Positions 42,045-53,061 of a DNA stretch of 64,000 bases are shown here, piece by piece; position 1 is the first letter of the stretch, and each line of letters starts with the position of its first letter. The position numbers were made by a program, and so were the translations under genes. Origin of the DNA: an uncultured bacterium (lineage in GTDB: Bacteria; Auribacterota; Erginobacteria; Erginobacterales; Erginobacteraceae); assembly GCA_963822585.1 (NCBI GenBank), contig CAWGIE010000047.1:32001-96000 (forward strand). The letters are read 5' to 3'. The notes beneath the pieces were generated by a model. The model did not search any database, was not told where the DNA came from, and worked only from the letters and a program-made list of their open reading frames with translations.

Positions 42045-43874
42045 ATGACTCAGCAAAAACGCCGTAAAGACGTCAGAAACGTTGCCATTATCGCGCACGT
42101 CGATCACGGGAAAACCACCCTGATCGACGCCCTTTTGAAGCAGACCGGGGCCTATGAATTCAAAGCGGGCGAGACGATGATCATGGATTCCAACCCGCTG
42201 GAAAAAGAGCGGGGGATCACCATTTTTTCCAAGAACGCTTCCTTCGTATATAAGGGCGTCCAGTTCAACATCGTCGATACCCCGGGTCACGCCGATTTCG
42301 GCAGCGAAGTGGAGAGGATACTGGAAATGGTGGACGGGGTCCTTCTCCTGGTCGACGCCTTTGAAGGGCCGATGCCCCAGACCAAGTTCGTCCTGAAAAA
42401 ATCCCTGGAGCTCCATCTCAAGCCCATCCTGATCGTGAGTAAGATCGACCGGAAGAACGCCCAGCCCCGGGAAGTTTCGGACCTGACCTTCGACCTCTTC
42501 TGCGAGTTGAACGCGACCGATGAGCAGCTGGATTTCCCGATCGTCTACGCGTCGGGCAAAGACGGCGTCGCCACCCTCGATCCGGATGAAAAAGGCACGG
42601 ATATGAACCCCATTCTCGACACCATCCTCCGCCGGGTCCTGCCGCCGGTGGCGGACCCCGAGAAATCCTTCCAGATGCTGGTGACCCTGCTCGACTACGA
42701 TTCATACATCGGCCAGATCTCGGTCGGCCGGATCGCCCACGGAAAAATACAAAACGGAGAACGGATCTCGCTGGTCAAACTCGACGGGACCGTCCGGCAG
42801 GGAAAGGTCACGAAGATCCTGAAATACCAGGGCCTGAAAAGAGTCGAGGTCGCCAGCGCCCAGGCCGGAGATATCGCTTCGATCGCCGGCATCGACGACG
42901 TGAAAGTCGGGGAGACCCTGGCCTCGGCCGAGAAACCGGAAGCTCTGCCGAAAATCAAGATCGACGAGCCGACGGTCTCGATGATGTTCTCTCATAATAC
43001 CAGTCCCCTCTCGGGAAGAGACGGCGGGAGGTTTCTGTCTTCGCGCCATCTCCGGGAACGGCTGGAGCGGGAAGCGCTGACCAACGTGGGGATCAAGGTG
43101 GAAGCGGTGGCGGGAGGGGATAAGATCAAGGTTTCCGGCCGGGGGGAGCTTCATCTCTCCATCCTGATCGAGACCATGCGCCGGGAAGGATACGAGCTGG
43201 AGGTCTCCTCCCCCCAGGTGATCCTGATGAAAATAGGCGGAGAGACCCTGGAACCGATGGAGGAATTGCTGGTTGAGGTTGATGAGGGATACCAGGGGCC
43301 CGTGATCGAGGCGCTGGGATCGAGAAAAGCTTCCCTGCGGAACATGAAAAAAACCCAGATCGGGACGATCCGCATGAATTTCATCATCGGGACCCGGGGA
43401 TTGATGGGGTTCCGGAGCGACTTTTTAAAGATGACCCGGGGGACCGGGATCATGTATCAGAACTTTTACCGCTATCAGAAATATAGCGGCGAAATCGCCC
43501 GGCGTCAGACCGGGGTCATGGTCTCCATGAACCGGGGCAAGGCGGTCGCCTTCGCTCTCTTCGGGCTCCAGGAAAGAGGGGAGATCTTCATCAGCCCGGG
43601 GGACGCCGTTTACGAAGGGATGATTATCGGCGTCAATAATAAAGGCCGGGATCTGGTCGTCAACGCCACCCGGGAAAAACAGCTGACCAATATCCGCGCC
43701 GCGGGCTCCGACGAGGCGATCAAGCTGATCCCGCCCCGGGAAATGACACTGGAATTCGCCCTGGCCTTCATCGGGGATGACGAGCTGGTCGAGATAACCC
43801 CCCGGAATATCCGCTTGCGGAAGCGGTACCTCTCTGAAAACGAGAGGAAGAGGAACGCCCGGCTCCCGAAATAA
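42045..43874 (+). CDS. typA: Translational GTPase TypA/BipA
   Basis: IAHVDHGKTTL, ERGITI, DTPGHADF, GRGELHL, DDELVEITP. Confidence 0.97.
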   Translation: MTQQKRRKDVRNVAIIAHVDHGKTTLIDALLKQTGAYEFKAGETMIMDSNPLEKERGITIFSKNASFVYKGVQFNIVDTPGHADFGSEVERILEMVDGVLLLVDAFEGPMPQTKFVLKKSLELHLKPILIVSKIDRKNAQPREVSDLTFDLFCELNATDEQLDFPIVYASGKDGVATLDPDEKGTDMNPILDTILRRVLPPVADPEKSFQMLVTLLDYDSYIGQISVGRIAHGKIQNGERISLVKLDGTVRQGKVTKILKYQGLKRVEVASAQAGDIASIAGIDDVKVGETLASAEKPEALPKIKIDEPTVSMMFSHNTSPLSGRDGGRFLSSRHLRERLEREALTNVGIKVEAVAGGDKIKVSGRGELHLSILIETMRREGYELEVSSPQVILMKIGGETLEPMEELLVEVDEGYQGPVIEALGSRKASLRNMKKTQIGTIRMNFIIGTRGLMGFRSDFLKMTRGTGIMYQNFYRYQKYSGEIARRQTGVMVSMNRGKAVAFALFGLQERGEIFISPGDAVYEGMIIGVNNKGRDLVVNATREKQLTNIRAAGSDEAIKLIPPREMTLEFALAFIGDDELVEITPRNIRLRKRYLSENERKRNARLPK

Positions 43875-43877
43875 AAG

Positions 43878-44642
43878 GTGGAGATGAACAGTCCCGAGAA
43901 AAACAAGCCGGTCTCGGTTCGAGGCGAGGATACGGAGAGCGTTAAAAAGTTCTTCGACGGCTGGGGGACGTACTGGAGAGTGGTGGAATACGACTACACC
44001 GGGCACCGGGAGATATACGCCTGCCTGAACGCTTTTTTAAAGGAGCATTTTCCGGAGCCCTTCACCATCATCGACTTCGGCTGCGGCGACTCCAGTTACA
44101 TGGTCCGGGGGCTGGCCGGGACCCGGGTGCGCAAGTACCTGGGGGTGGACCTCTCTGAAGTCGCCCTGGGGCTGGCCCGCGAGAACCTGGAAGGGCTCGG
44201 CTATGAAACCGGGTTTATCCAAGGGGATTACTTCCCGATCGCCCGGGAAAGGGACCTGAAGGCCGATGTCATCTGGATCGGGCTCTCTCTCCATCATCTT
44301 TCGAGCGGACAGAAGCGGGAGGCGCTGGAGGCGTTCCGCAAGATACTGGACGGCGGGGGCTATCTGCTGATCTTCGAGCCGATGCTCCGTCCGGGGGAGA
44401 CCCGGGAAGAATTCCTGCGGCGTTTCCGGAAGATCTGCCGGACCGGTTGGACCCGGCTTACCTCCGAAGAGAGGGAAGCGACCATAAAGCATGTCATGGC
44501 GGCCGATTTCCCGGAATCGATCGAGACCCTGAGGGAGATGGCCCGGGAAAAAGGTTTCTCCGCGGTCCGCTCTCTATGCCGGGGGGGAGAGGATCTGTTC
44601 GAATTGGTATCTTTCTCCGCCCTCCCGCCTCGCCCTCTTTAA
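43878..44642 (+). CDS. Class I SAM-dependent methyltransferase
   Basis: IIDFGCGD, GVDLS, SLHHL. Confidence 0.88.
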   Translation: MEMNSPEKNKPVSVRGEDTESVKKFFDGWGTYWRVVEYDYTGHREIYACLNAFLKEHFPEPFTIIDFGCGDSSYMVRGLAGTRVRKYLGVDLSEVALGLARENLEGLGYETGFIQGDYFPIARERDLKADVIWIGLSLHHLSSGQKREALEAFRKILDGGGYLLIFEPMLRPGETREEFLRRFRKICRTGWTRLTSEEREATIKHVMAADFPESIETLREMAREKGFSAVRSLCRGGEDLFELVSFSALPPRPL

Positions 44643-45159
44643 TAAAACAGACGGATTGTCGTAGATCCGGCAGTTATTGACGGAAATGTGATTGAATAGG
44701 AAAGGTCCCCTCTGCGTTGCCCCCCATCCGTTCGACGTTTTTTAACCCGAGATGACCGGAGGCCTTGCCCGCAAAGTAGCTTCGCTACCGCGGGATTTTC
44801 GGTTTTTCGGGTCGATGTTCAGCTTTTATTCTTGTCCTTATCCCTGCCTTTATGCAACTTCTCGTAACCTTGCGTAACCTCTCGTAACCATTCGTAACTT
44901 CTCTTCTCTGTTGAGCGTTGAACATTTTTTATTTTTCGATGTTCAGTTTTTCATCCCCCGCCAAGACACTAAGACACCAAGGTGACGGAGAATTGTGCCG
45001 CGCGAACACCAAGCGAAGCGATCCTACATCTCCTACAAGCCGCCTCTGGCGGAGATCCTGCGAGCGACCCCGAAGACTTTTCGGGGAGCGATACTACAGG
45101 TTCCCTAACGTAGGCACTTTTCTCTGTTCGACGTCTCGTTTCTTATCCGTCTGTCCCAC

Positions 45160-45687
45160 TCAGAACTTGTTAAGGATCTCCCGGCAGAAGGCGGGCAGAT
45201 CATAGGGATTTCGGGAGGTGATCAGGTTGCCGTCCACCACCACTTCCTGATCGAGGTATTCGCCTCCCGCGTGCACCAGGTCGTCCTTGATGGCGATGAA
45301 GCCGGTCACCTTTTTCCCGGCCACGACTTCGGCCGAGGCCAGCAGCCATCCTCCGTGGCAGATCGCGGCCACGATCTTGCCGTCTTCGAACATCTTTTTT
45401 ACGAAATCAACCATCAGCCGGGACCGGCGCATTAAATCGGGAGCGTATCCGCCCGGTATGACAACGGCCGAAAAATCATCGGCGGAAACCGCTCCGATGG
45501 AAAGTTCCTCCGGAGCCGGATAGCCCTCCTTGCTCAAATACTCCTTCTTTCGGCCCGTCCCGACAAAGACGGTGGTGATCCCCGCTTCCCGCAAACGGAG
45601 GTAGGGATACCAGACTTCCAGCACCTGGTACCGGTCTTCAACCAGTATCGCCGCTTTTCGCGTCTCACATGGTTTGCCCGCGATCAT
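45160..45687 (-). CDS. DJ-1/PfpI family protein
   Basis: IPGGYAPD, AAICHG, DGNLITSR; AGGAGG RBS before ATG 45687. Confidence 0.92.
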   Translation of the reverse strand: MIAGKPCETRKAAILVEDRYQVLEVWYPYLRLREAGITTVFVGTGRKKEYLSKEGYPAPEELSIGAVSADDFSAVVIPGGYAPDLMRRSRLMVDFVKKMFEDGKIVAAICHGGWLLASAEVVAGKKVTGFIAIKDDLVHAGGEYLDQEVVVDGNLITSRNPYDLPAFCREILNKF

Positions 45688-46003
45688 ATCTTCCTCCTTA
45701 TGGTTCAGGACGTATATTATACGCCTGCCCAAGAGTGCAAATACACCGAAAACCCCCCCCTTTTTTAACCGCGGAGACGCAGAGAACGCGGAGAATGTGA
45801 AGAGTATCGCTCTGCTCTATTCCCTTTGTGCGATGCCCTATATGCAAGCGACGGGCGGCGGCCCGGAGCGATCCTACAACTCCTGCAAGGCGAAGCCGGT
45901 CCTACAAGCCGCCACTGGCGGCGATACTACAGTTTCTTTATCTTTAGGCACTTTCCTCTGTTGAACGTTCCGCCTTTCCCATACCCCATGCCCCACAACC
46001 CAC

Positions 46004-46152
46004 TGTCTCATCCTGCGACATCTTTTCACCCGTCCCTGCGACAGAGCATCTGCTCTCTTTATTTTTCGCTTCGCCGCGGTATTCTTAATCCTTTTATCTC
46101 CAGACAGATGCGAAAAACTTTCCTTCCCGCCCTCCGCTGGCACTCTATTTGC
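46004..46152 (+). promoter_or_regulatory. Sigma54-type promoter with upstream palindromic enhancer-like site
   Basis: TGGCACTCTATTTGC (46138-46152) and TGTCTCATCCTGCGACA (46004-46020), plus an extra CCTGCGACA half-site at about 46035. Confidence 0.65.
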
Positions 46153-46283
46153 TTATAAAGACGATAAGCCCTCTAAATCGATAAAACCGACCCCCGCGGC
46201 GGAAGGAGGTGATCTCAGGGACTGAAGAACGGAATTTCCAGGGATTTCATTAACGGGAAACTAAAACGGAACAAAAAGGAGTA

Positions 46284-47159
46284 GTGAAGATGAAGATGTT
46301 TATAAGATCGATCACGGCGTTATGCGCCCTGGCATTAATCGCCGCTCTGCCGGCGGCTGTTTTTTCGGCTCCCGCTCCCGACTTTCCTGAAGGGATTGAG
46401 ACGGCCGCGTATCGGGAAGACGTCTCCGGCATTTATGGGGACGATGGTCCGGTCGTCGGCCCGATTCGGGATTTTTTCTGCGTCCCTTTCTTTGTCCGGA
46501 TGAACACCAAGCCTTACCTGGATAAGCTGGAGTACATCGTGACCGTTTTCAAGATCATGGCCACGGGCCGGGGAGACGCCGGTTGGGGAAGGGCCCGGCT
46601 CCCTTATTATATCCCCGATGACGAGACCCACACCCTCCGCTACTGGGACTTTTCCTCCGGCAGCAAAAGCATTTATATCACCGATCTGGTGATCGATTAC
46701 CAGCGTTATAATTGTGATTTCGAGGGGATGGTCGAAGATGTGATTGGATTCGTGGAGGACTACAACGACTGGGACAACTTCTTCTGCCGGGCCGACGACG
46801 CCGAAGAGGCCTGGGAGGATTACCAGGATTATCTCTGCGATGAAGAAGGGATCTGCGAAGGAGATGAGGATTTTCCTTCCTACGGTGATTTCCAGGACGC
46901 CCTGGCCGGCGCCGTCGATAACGCGCTGGAAGACGTCTTCGAAGATTTCTACGACGAGATCTACGAGGAAAGCTCCTCGACCGGCCTGCTCCGGGTCCGG
47001 CAACTGATCGAGTACGGTGATTACTCCGATGCCGAAGACGCCCTCGACGACACCTACGAGACCGCTCTCGATTACTACGAAGCATTGGAATCGGCTTTCG
47101 AGGGAACCGCCCCCGGCTACTTCGAGATCACCGAGTCGGATATTAACGACGCCTGGTAG
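46284..47159 (+). CDS. Secreted highly acidic hypothetical protein
   Basis: Signal peptide; D/E/Y-rich C-terminal half; AGGAG RBS. Confidence 0.75.
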   Translation: MKMKMFIRSITALCALALIAALPAAVFSAPAPDFPEGIETAAYREDVSGIYGDDGPVVGPIRDFFCVPFFVRMNTKPYLDKLEYIVTVFKIMATGRGDAGWGRARLPYYIPDDETHTLRYWDFSSGSKSIYITDLVIDYQRYNCDFEGMVEDVIGFVEDYNDWDNFFCRADDAEEAWEDYQDYLCDEEGICEGDEDFPSYGDFQDALAGAVDNALEDVFEDFYDEIYEESSSTGLLRVRQLIEYGDYSDAEDALDDTYETALDYYEALESAFEGTAPGYFEITESDINDAW

Positions 47160-47182
47160 TCATTCCCCGGAAATAAAATCGC

Positions 47183-47218
47183 GGCCGGCCGCCCTCCCGG
47201 GGCGGCCGGCCTGTTTTT
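47183..47218 (+). terminator. Rho-independent terminator
   Basis: GGCCGGCCGCCC-loop-GGGCGGCCGGCC followed by TGTTTTT. Confidence 0.75.
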
Positions 47219-47322
47219 ACTTCTCCCCGCGGCGCCCCCTTTAAAAACCACTCATTTTACCCCGCGTCGCCGATCCAGAGCATATTATCCGGAGTATAAG
47301 TGCTGTCCGTGGGCAAAAAGTG

Positions 47323-47687
47323 AAGGTAACACAGACATTCCTGTCTGTGCGTGAAAGTGTTGTCCGTGGGCAAAAAGTGAAGGTAACACAGACATTCCTG
47401 TCTGTGAGCCCAAGGTAGCACAGACATTCCTGTCTGTGCGTGAAAGTGCTGTCCGTGGGCAAAAAGTGAAGGTAACACAGACATTCCTGTCTGTGAGCCC
47501 AAGGTAGCACAGACATTCCTGTCTGTGAGCCCAAGGTAACACAGACATTCCTGTCTGTGAGCTCAAGGTAGCACAGACATTCCTGTCTGTGAGCCCAAGG
47601 TAGCACAGACATTCCTGTCTGTGAGCCCAAGGTAGCACAGACATTCCTGTCTGTGAGCCCAAGGTAACACAGACATTCCTGTCTGTG
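47323..47687 (+). repeat. Tandem REP-like array, 10 copies of AAGGTARCACAGACATTCCTGTCTGTG
   Basis: Palindromic core CACAGAA-type stem (CACAGAC-ATTCCT-GTCTGTG); linkers are AGCCC/AGCTC or a repeated 30-mer. Confidence 0.9.
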
Positions 47688-47889
47688 CGTCTCCTCTTCT
47701 TCTCAGGGAAGAGGCATCAGGTGTGAGGGGGGTAACGCTATGTTATTTGCGCTGTGTCCTCTGCTTTGATTCTTTCGATGTTCAAAGTTGGAAGTTCGTC
47801 GTTCAAAGTTCATCTTTGCCTATTCTTCCTTCCCCAATCTTTTTCCAAAAACCAGGGGATAAAATCCCTCCCTGATCCGACTAACAGGC

Positions 47890-48393
47890 ATGAAGAATAA
47901 AACCTTAATACCTGCTGAACGAATAGAATCCTTGATTCTCCTGATTCGTACCCAGAAAGTAATACTTGATAAAGACCTGGCTGTTCTATATGGGGTGGAG
48001 ACACGGGTCTTAAACCAGGCAGTCAGCCGGAATAGGAAACGTTTCCCGAAAGATTTTATGTTTGAGTTAAGTCGTGAAGAGATCATGAGGGTATCACAAA
48101 CTGTGATATCCTATGCAGCGCTGAGATATTCCAATAAAGTCCGGGCTTTCACCGAACAGGGCGTGGCCATGCTCTCTTCCGTCTTGTGAAGTGACAGAGC
48201 CATCGCAGTAAACATCGCGATTATGCGCGCTTTCGTTCAATTGCGGGCCATGCTATCCACTCATGCCGACTTGGCGAAAAAGATCGGTGAGATGGAGAAA
48301 AAATACGACGCGCGGTTTCGGGTGATCTTCGCATCGATCCGGTAGCTCATGACCCCACCTCATCCGCCCCGCCGACAAATCGGCTTCAAATAA
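47890..48393 (+). pseudogene. ORF6N-domain DNA-binding protein pseudogene
   Basis: [47 protein letters not shown]; in-frame TGA 48187 and TAG 48343. Confidence 0.88.
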
Positions 48394-48438
48394 TCCGCTC
48401 CATCTGTTAAAATGCGCTCTTCTTTATAGGAGGCACGG

Positions 48439-48795
48439 ATGAACAAGCTCAAATATCTCGCCTTCCCGGTCGTCTGTTTCCTGTTCTACGGTTTATTCTG
48501 TGTTCTCAGCACGGCCGGAGACGCGGTTGCGGCGCAGTTCAAGGACGGAACCTACGAGGGCGAACAATCGTTCGTGACCGTCTCCGTGACCGTCACCGAT
48601 GGTAGGATCGCCGACATTAAGATAACTCATCATGGCGGGGGAGGACCAAAATACGCCGAGATGGTAAAGCCCTTACTCTGTCAGATGCTGGAGAAGCAAT
48701 CGACGGAGGTCGACACCGTCACCGGCGCCACGGTCAGCAGCAATAATCTCAAGCAGGCCGTCGCCGCCGCCCTGCAGAAAGCCGCGGCCCAATAA
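48439..48795 (+). CDS. Extracytoplasmic FMN-binding (flavinylated) protein
   Basis: Signal peptide; FKDGTYEG; VDTVTGATVSS flavinylation-type motif. Confidence 0.88.
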   Translation: MNKLKYLAFPVVCFLFYGLFCVLSTAGDAVAAQFKDGTYEGEQSFVTVSVTVTDGRIADIKITHHGGGGPKYAEMVKPLLCQMLEKQSTEVDTVTGATVSSNNLKQAVAAALQKAAAQ

Positions 48796-49185
48796 AAACC
48801 CCGGGGAGTCGGGTGATAACTCGATGGTAGCCGCATGGGACCCCGCCGAAGGTAAGTCTCACCGGGACCGGGGTAGCGTCCGCCGGGCAGAAGCCGAAAA
48901 TATTTCAATATCATCGTGCTTCGCCACGGCGGTGAAGCATGTTAAATTAAGCTTGAATGTCATTGCGAGGAGCAACGCGACGAAGCAATCTTAAGATCCA
49001 TAAAAAGGCTAATTAGTATCGTGTCCTCGGGATAGGGGGGGCAGTCTTGCAAGGCGAAGCCGATCCTACAAGCGACCCCGAAGTCTTTTCGGGGGCGCGA
49101 TACTGCATTTACTACAAGCCGCTGCAAGCGGCGGTACAACAGTTTTTCTTGGTGTCTTAGTGGTTATAAAAGAGGAGGCGATACC

Positions 49186-49371
49186 ATGCCGGCGATCACC
49201 GTGGAAGGACCGAGGATTGACAGTCTGGAGGCAAAGAGAGAACTGGTCAGGAAGATGACGGATGCGGCGGTCGAGGCGTACCGCTTGCCCGCGGCGGCCA
49301 TGGTGGTCCTGATCAAGGAAAACCCGCCCGAGAACGTCGGTGTCGGCGGCAAACTCGTCATCGATCGATAA
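49186..49371 (+). CDS. 4-oxalocrotonate tautomerase family protein
   Basis: N-terminal catalytic Pro (MPAITVEG), ENVGVGG; GAGGAGG RBS. Confidence 0.88.
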   Translation: MPAITVEGPRIDSLEAKRELVRKMTDAAVEAYRLPAAAMVVLIKENPPENVGVGGKLVIDR

Positions 49372-49687
49372 TAGTGTTCGATGTTCAATTTCTATCCCTC
49401 TCCACCCTTTCGGGGGGAGAGGGCGATTGTCGTAGATCCTGAGCTTGTCGAAGGGAGCGAAGCTCAATCGGGTGAGGGGGGCTTCGTTGGAAGTTGGACG
49501 TTGAATGTTGAACGTTGGACGTTCAGCTTTTTCCAGCGAAGCGATCCTACAAGCCGCTGAAAGCGGCGATCCTACAAGGCGAAGCCGATCCTACAAGCCG
49601 CCGCAGGCGGCGATACTACAGTTCCTCTAACTTTGAGCACTTTCTTTGTTGGACGTTCAGTTTTTCCCCGCGAAGAAGGATTCTCAC

Positions 49688-50800
49688 ATGATCAGCGCCC
49701 GGAAAATAATGGATGATTTCGCCGACCGGACCGGCATCGTCTCCAAACGGCCTCCGCGGAGGTATCTCTGGACGGACGCCTTCGCGGTCTGCAATTTTCT
49801 CGGTCTTTACCGGGAGACCGGGCGGCAAGAGTACCGGGAGATCGCCGTCAGGTTGATCGACCAGGTCCATTATATCCTGGGGCGCCACCGCCCGGACGAC
49901 CCGCGGAGCGGCTGGATCAGCGGACTCGCCGAAGAAGAGGGGGAAAAGCATCCCACCGCCGGGGGGCTGAGGATCGGCAAGCCGTATCCCGAGCGCCTCT
50001 CCGGGGAGGCGTTTGACGAGGATCTGGAGTGGAAGAGGGACGGCCAGTATTATCATTACCTGACGAAATGGATGCTTGCCCTGGGCCGGGCCGGTGAAGT
50101 CACGTGGGACGAAACCTACCACCGGTGGGCGGCGGAACTGGCCCATGCCGCCCATCGAGGTTTTACCCGTCTTAATGCAGAGGGAAAGATCATCCGGATG
50201 TGCTGGAAGATGAGCATCGACCTCTCCCGCCCCCTGGTCACCTCGATGGGCCAGCACGATCCCCTGGACGGTCTGCTCACATTCTGCCGACTCCCGGTGC
50301 ACGCCGGGGGGAACGGCTTGGCCGACCCGATATCCGAGCTGGTCGAATTCTGCCGGGACCTTGACTGGCTGACGACCGACCCGCTGGGGCTGGGGGGATT
50401 GCTGACGGACGTGTACCGGGCGGCCGATCTGCGGGCAAAGAACCTCTGCCCGATCCCCGACCTGCCGGAACAACTGCTGGAAAACGCGTTGGCCGGGTTG
50501 GAGCACTTCCTGTCGACCAAGCCTCTGGATTATCCGCCATCCTATCGCCTGGCGTTCCGGGAATTGGGGTTGGTCATCGGTATGGAGGCGATACGATGCC
50601 TGAGGGAAGAGGAGAGGGGCATGACCGACCGTCTGCAGAGGCTCCTGTCCGCCCTGAAGACCCACGATACCTTGCCCGGCGAAATCCTTTCTTTCTGGGG
50701 GGAAGAAAACAACCGCAAGGCCCCATCCTGGCTGGAGCATGAAGACATCAACGCCGTCATGCTGGCTACCGCCCTCTCTCCCCGTGGTTATCTGGGGTAG
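49688..50800 (+). CDS. Conserved hypothetical protein
   Basis: Long ORF with coding-like composition (RYLWTDAFAVCN, DGQYYHYLTKW, HEDINAVMLAT); AAGGA upstream. Confidence 0.7.
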   Translation: MISARKIMDDFADRTGIVSKRPPRRYLWTDAFAVCNFLGLYRETGRQEYREIAVRLIDQVHYILGRHRPDDPRSGWISGLAEEEGEKHPTAGGLRIGKPYPERLSGEAFDEDLEWKRDGQYYHYLTKWMLALGRAGEVTWDETYHRWAAELAHAAHRGFTRLNAEGKIIRMCWKMSIDLSRPLVTSMGQHDPLDGLLTFCRLPVHAGGNGLADPISELVEFCRDLDWLTTDPLGLGGLLTDVYRAADLRAKNLCPIPDLPEQLLENALAGLEHFLSTKPLDYPPSYRLAFRELGLVIGMEAIRCLREEERGMTDRLQRLLSALKTHDTLPGEILSFWGEENNRKAPSWLEHEDINAVMLATALSPRGYLG

Positions 50801-51219
50801 TTTCTGTCGTTGAAAGTTGGACGTTGAGCGTTGAGTGTTGGACGTTCAGCTTTATTCCCCTCCTTATCCCGTAACCTTGCCTTTGACGGAGAATTGTGGC
50901 GTGAGACGAGCAAGCGAAGCGATCCTACATCTCCTACAAGCTGCCGCAGGCAGCGATCCTGCAAGCGACCCCGAAGTCTTTTCGGGGGAGCGATACTACA
51001 GTTTCTCTAACTTGAATGTTGGATGTTGGACGTTCAGTTTTTCCCCGGTGCGCCCTGTCCTCCGTGCTATGCGCAGTGCCCCTTTCCTCCCCGCGCCGAG
51101 GCGCGAGCCCGCTAATGTCCTTCCCACAGACGGATTGCCTGTGATACTCTCCGAGCTGTTATGGCGCGGTTATTCAAAAAAATAATATCCGGCTCTCCGT
51201 CGGCCGGGCGGGAACACTG

Positions 51220-53061
51220 ATGAATTCCATTAGAGGAAAGATGCTTCTCTGGTTCGGGGTCCCGGTCACCCTCCTTTTTTTGCTCCTGGGCGTGGTCAAT
51301 TACACCCAGGTCAAGAACACGGTCTTCCCCCTGAACGAGAAACTCAGCCGGGAAGTATTAGCCGCCCGGGCGGCGGAGATCGGCCGGCTGATGCACGGCT
51401 ACATCAGTGAAATCAGGACCATGTCGCGCGACGATATCCTCCGCGAAGGCACCGGGGAGGAGATCAAGGCGGATATCCTCGCCCGGGCCGCGACCCGCAA
51501 CGCCGACTACGAGATGGTCTTCTACGCCGATCTGAAGGGCGATTTCATCACCTCCACCAATGACGTGGGCAACGTGGGGGACCGCGGTTATTTCCGGGCG
51601 ATTATCGGGGAAGGCGCGCAGAGCTTTGTCAGCAATCCCCTGGTCTCCCGGTCCACGGGAAAGAACATATTTGTCGTGGCCTGCCCGGTCTTGGACCTCC
51701 GGGGAGAAAGAAAGGGAGTGATCGCCTCCACGGTTCTGCTCGACACCCTGACCTCCATTGTCGGCTCGATCAGGATGGGGGAGAATGGCTTCGGCTACGT
51801 GGTTGACGGCACTGGGCTGCTGATCGCCCATCCTTCTGATGAGTGGCGGCTGAAATTGAACCTCCTGACCTCGGCGGAACTGGGCTTTCAGGGCCTGGAT
51901 GAAGCCGGACGGATGATGGTCGCCGGGCGGCCGGGGCTCGTCCGCTACCGGCGGCCGGACGGCTCGAAGATGATCGCGATCTTCGATCTCATCCCCGACA
52001 CGCCCGGCTGGTTTCTGGGTCTCGCCCTCTCCGAGGAGGAGCTGACGGGCAAGGTGACCTCCCTGGTGCGCCAGATTATCCTCCTGATGCTGGGGATCCT
52101 GGCCGTTCTCTTCCTGATCGTCATCGTCATCTCCGGCCGGATCGCCGCCCCGGTGGCCGTGCTGAAAGAGGGGGTCCGGAAGGTGAGTTCGGGCGATCTC
52201 GACTACCGCCTGGATATCCGTACCGGCGATGAGATCGAGGAACTGGCCGCGGCCTTCAACAAGATGACGGTCGATCTCAAGGAGCACATCAGGAATCTCC
52301 AGTCCGAGACCGCGAAAAGGCAGGCGGTGGAAAGCGAACTGCAGATCGCCAAGGAGATCCAGGAGAGCATCCTCCCCCGGATTTTCCCGCCCTTTCCCGG
52401 CCGGGGTGAATTCGACCTCTATTCCGTGATGCACCCGGCCAAGGAGGTGGGCGGCGATTTTTACGATTTCTTCTTCTACGACAAGAGGACCTTCGTGATG
52501 ATCATCGGCGACGTCTCCGGGAAGGGGGTCCCCGCGGCCCTCTTTATGATGCTCGGCCGGACATTGATACACACCGTGGCTTCGGAAGAAAAAGACCCCG
52601 CCCGGGTCCTGAAGAAGGTCAACGATATCGTGGCCGAAGACAACGAGACGAGTATGTTCATCACGGTCTTTCTGGCTTACTACGACGTGGAGACGGGGAA
52701 ATTAACCTATTCCAACGCCGGGCACACCCCCGCCCTGAAGATCACCGCCGACAGGAAGGTGGAGGAGCTGACCACGGCCAGCAGCGTCGCCCTGGGGGTG
52801 ATGCCGGGCGTCGAATACCGGACGGGGGAGACCGCCCTCGAACTGAACGACAAGTTCGTAGTTTATACCGACGGCGTCAACGAGGCGGTCAACCGCCAAG
52901 GTGTATTTTATGGGACTCAGCGATTCATCGAGCACTTTTTGAAAGACAATCAGCTCTCGGCCCGCGAGGAATGCACCGCCATCCTGAAAGACGTGATGGA
53001 TTTCCAGGAAGAAAATCAGCACGACGACATCACGATCACCATCTTCCAGCGCCTGGAATAA
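51220..53061 (+). CDS. SpoIIE/RsbU-type PP2C phosphatase with Cache and HAMP domains
   Basis: TM-Cache-TM-HAMP; PAKEVGGDFYD, GDVSGKGVPAA, NAGH, YTDGV, HDDIT. Confidence 0.92.
   Translation: MNSIRGKMLLWFGVPVTLLFLLLGVVNYTQVKNTVFPLNEKLSREVLAARAAEIGRLMHGYISEIRTMSRDDILREGTGEEIKADILARAATRNADYEMVFYADLKGDFITSTNDVGNVGDRGYFRAIIGEGAQSFVSNPLVSRSTGKNIFVVACPVLDLRGERKGVIASTVLLDTLTSIVGSIRMGENGFGYVVDGTGLLIAHPSDEWRLKLNLLTSAELGFQGLDEAGRMMVAGRPGLVRYRRPDGSKMIAIFDLIPDTPGWFLGLALSEEELTGKVTSLVRQIILLMLGILAVLFLIVIVISGRIAAPVAVLKEGVRKVSSGDLDYRLDIRTGDEIEELAAAFNKMTVDLKEHIRNLQSETAKRQAVESELQIAKEIQESILPRIFPPFPGRGEFDLYSVMHPAKEVGGDFYDFFFYDKRTFVMIIGDVSGKGVPAALFMMLGRTLIHTVASEEKDPARVLKKVNDIVAEDNETSMFITVFLAYYDVETGKLTYSNAGHTPALKITADRKVEELTTASSVALGVMPGVEYRTGETALELNDKFVVYTDGVNEAVNRQGVFYGTQRFIEHFLKDNQLSAREECTAILKDVMDFQEENQHDDITITIFQRLE

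Noticed and set aside
47241..47662. ORFs with QTGMSVLP/HRQECLCY repeats (also 59590-60038 and 54717-55023)
   Set aside because: Translations of DNA repeats, open in several frames, with no RBS.
47323..47687. CRISPR array
   Set aside because: Spacers are 5 bp or a reused 30-mer, not unique; no cas genes or leader in the window.
51161..51177. Third sigma54 promoter (TGGCGCGGTTATTCA)
   Set aside because: Lacks the conserved -12 GC and the upstream palindrome.
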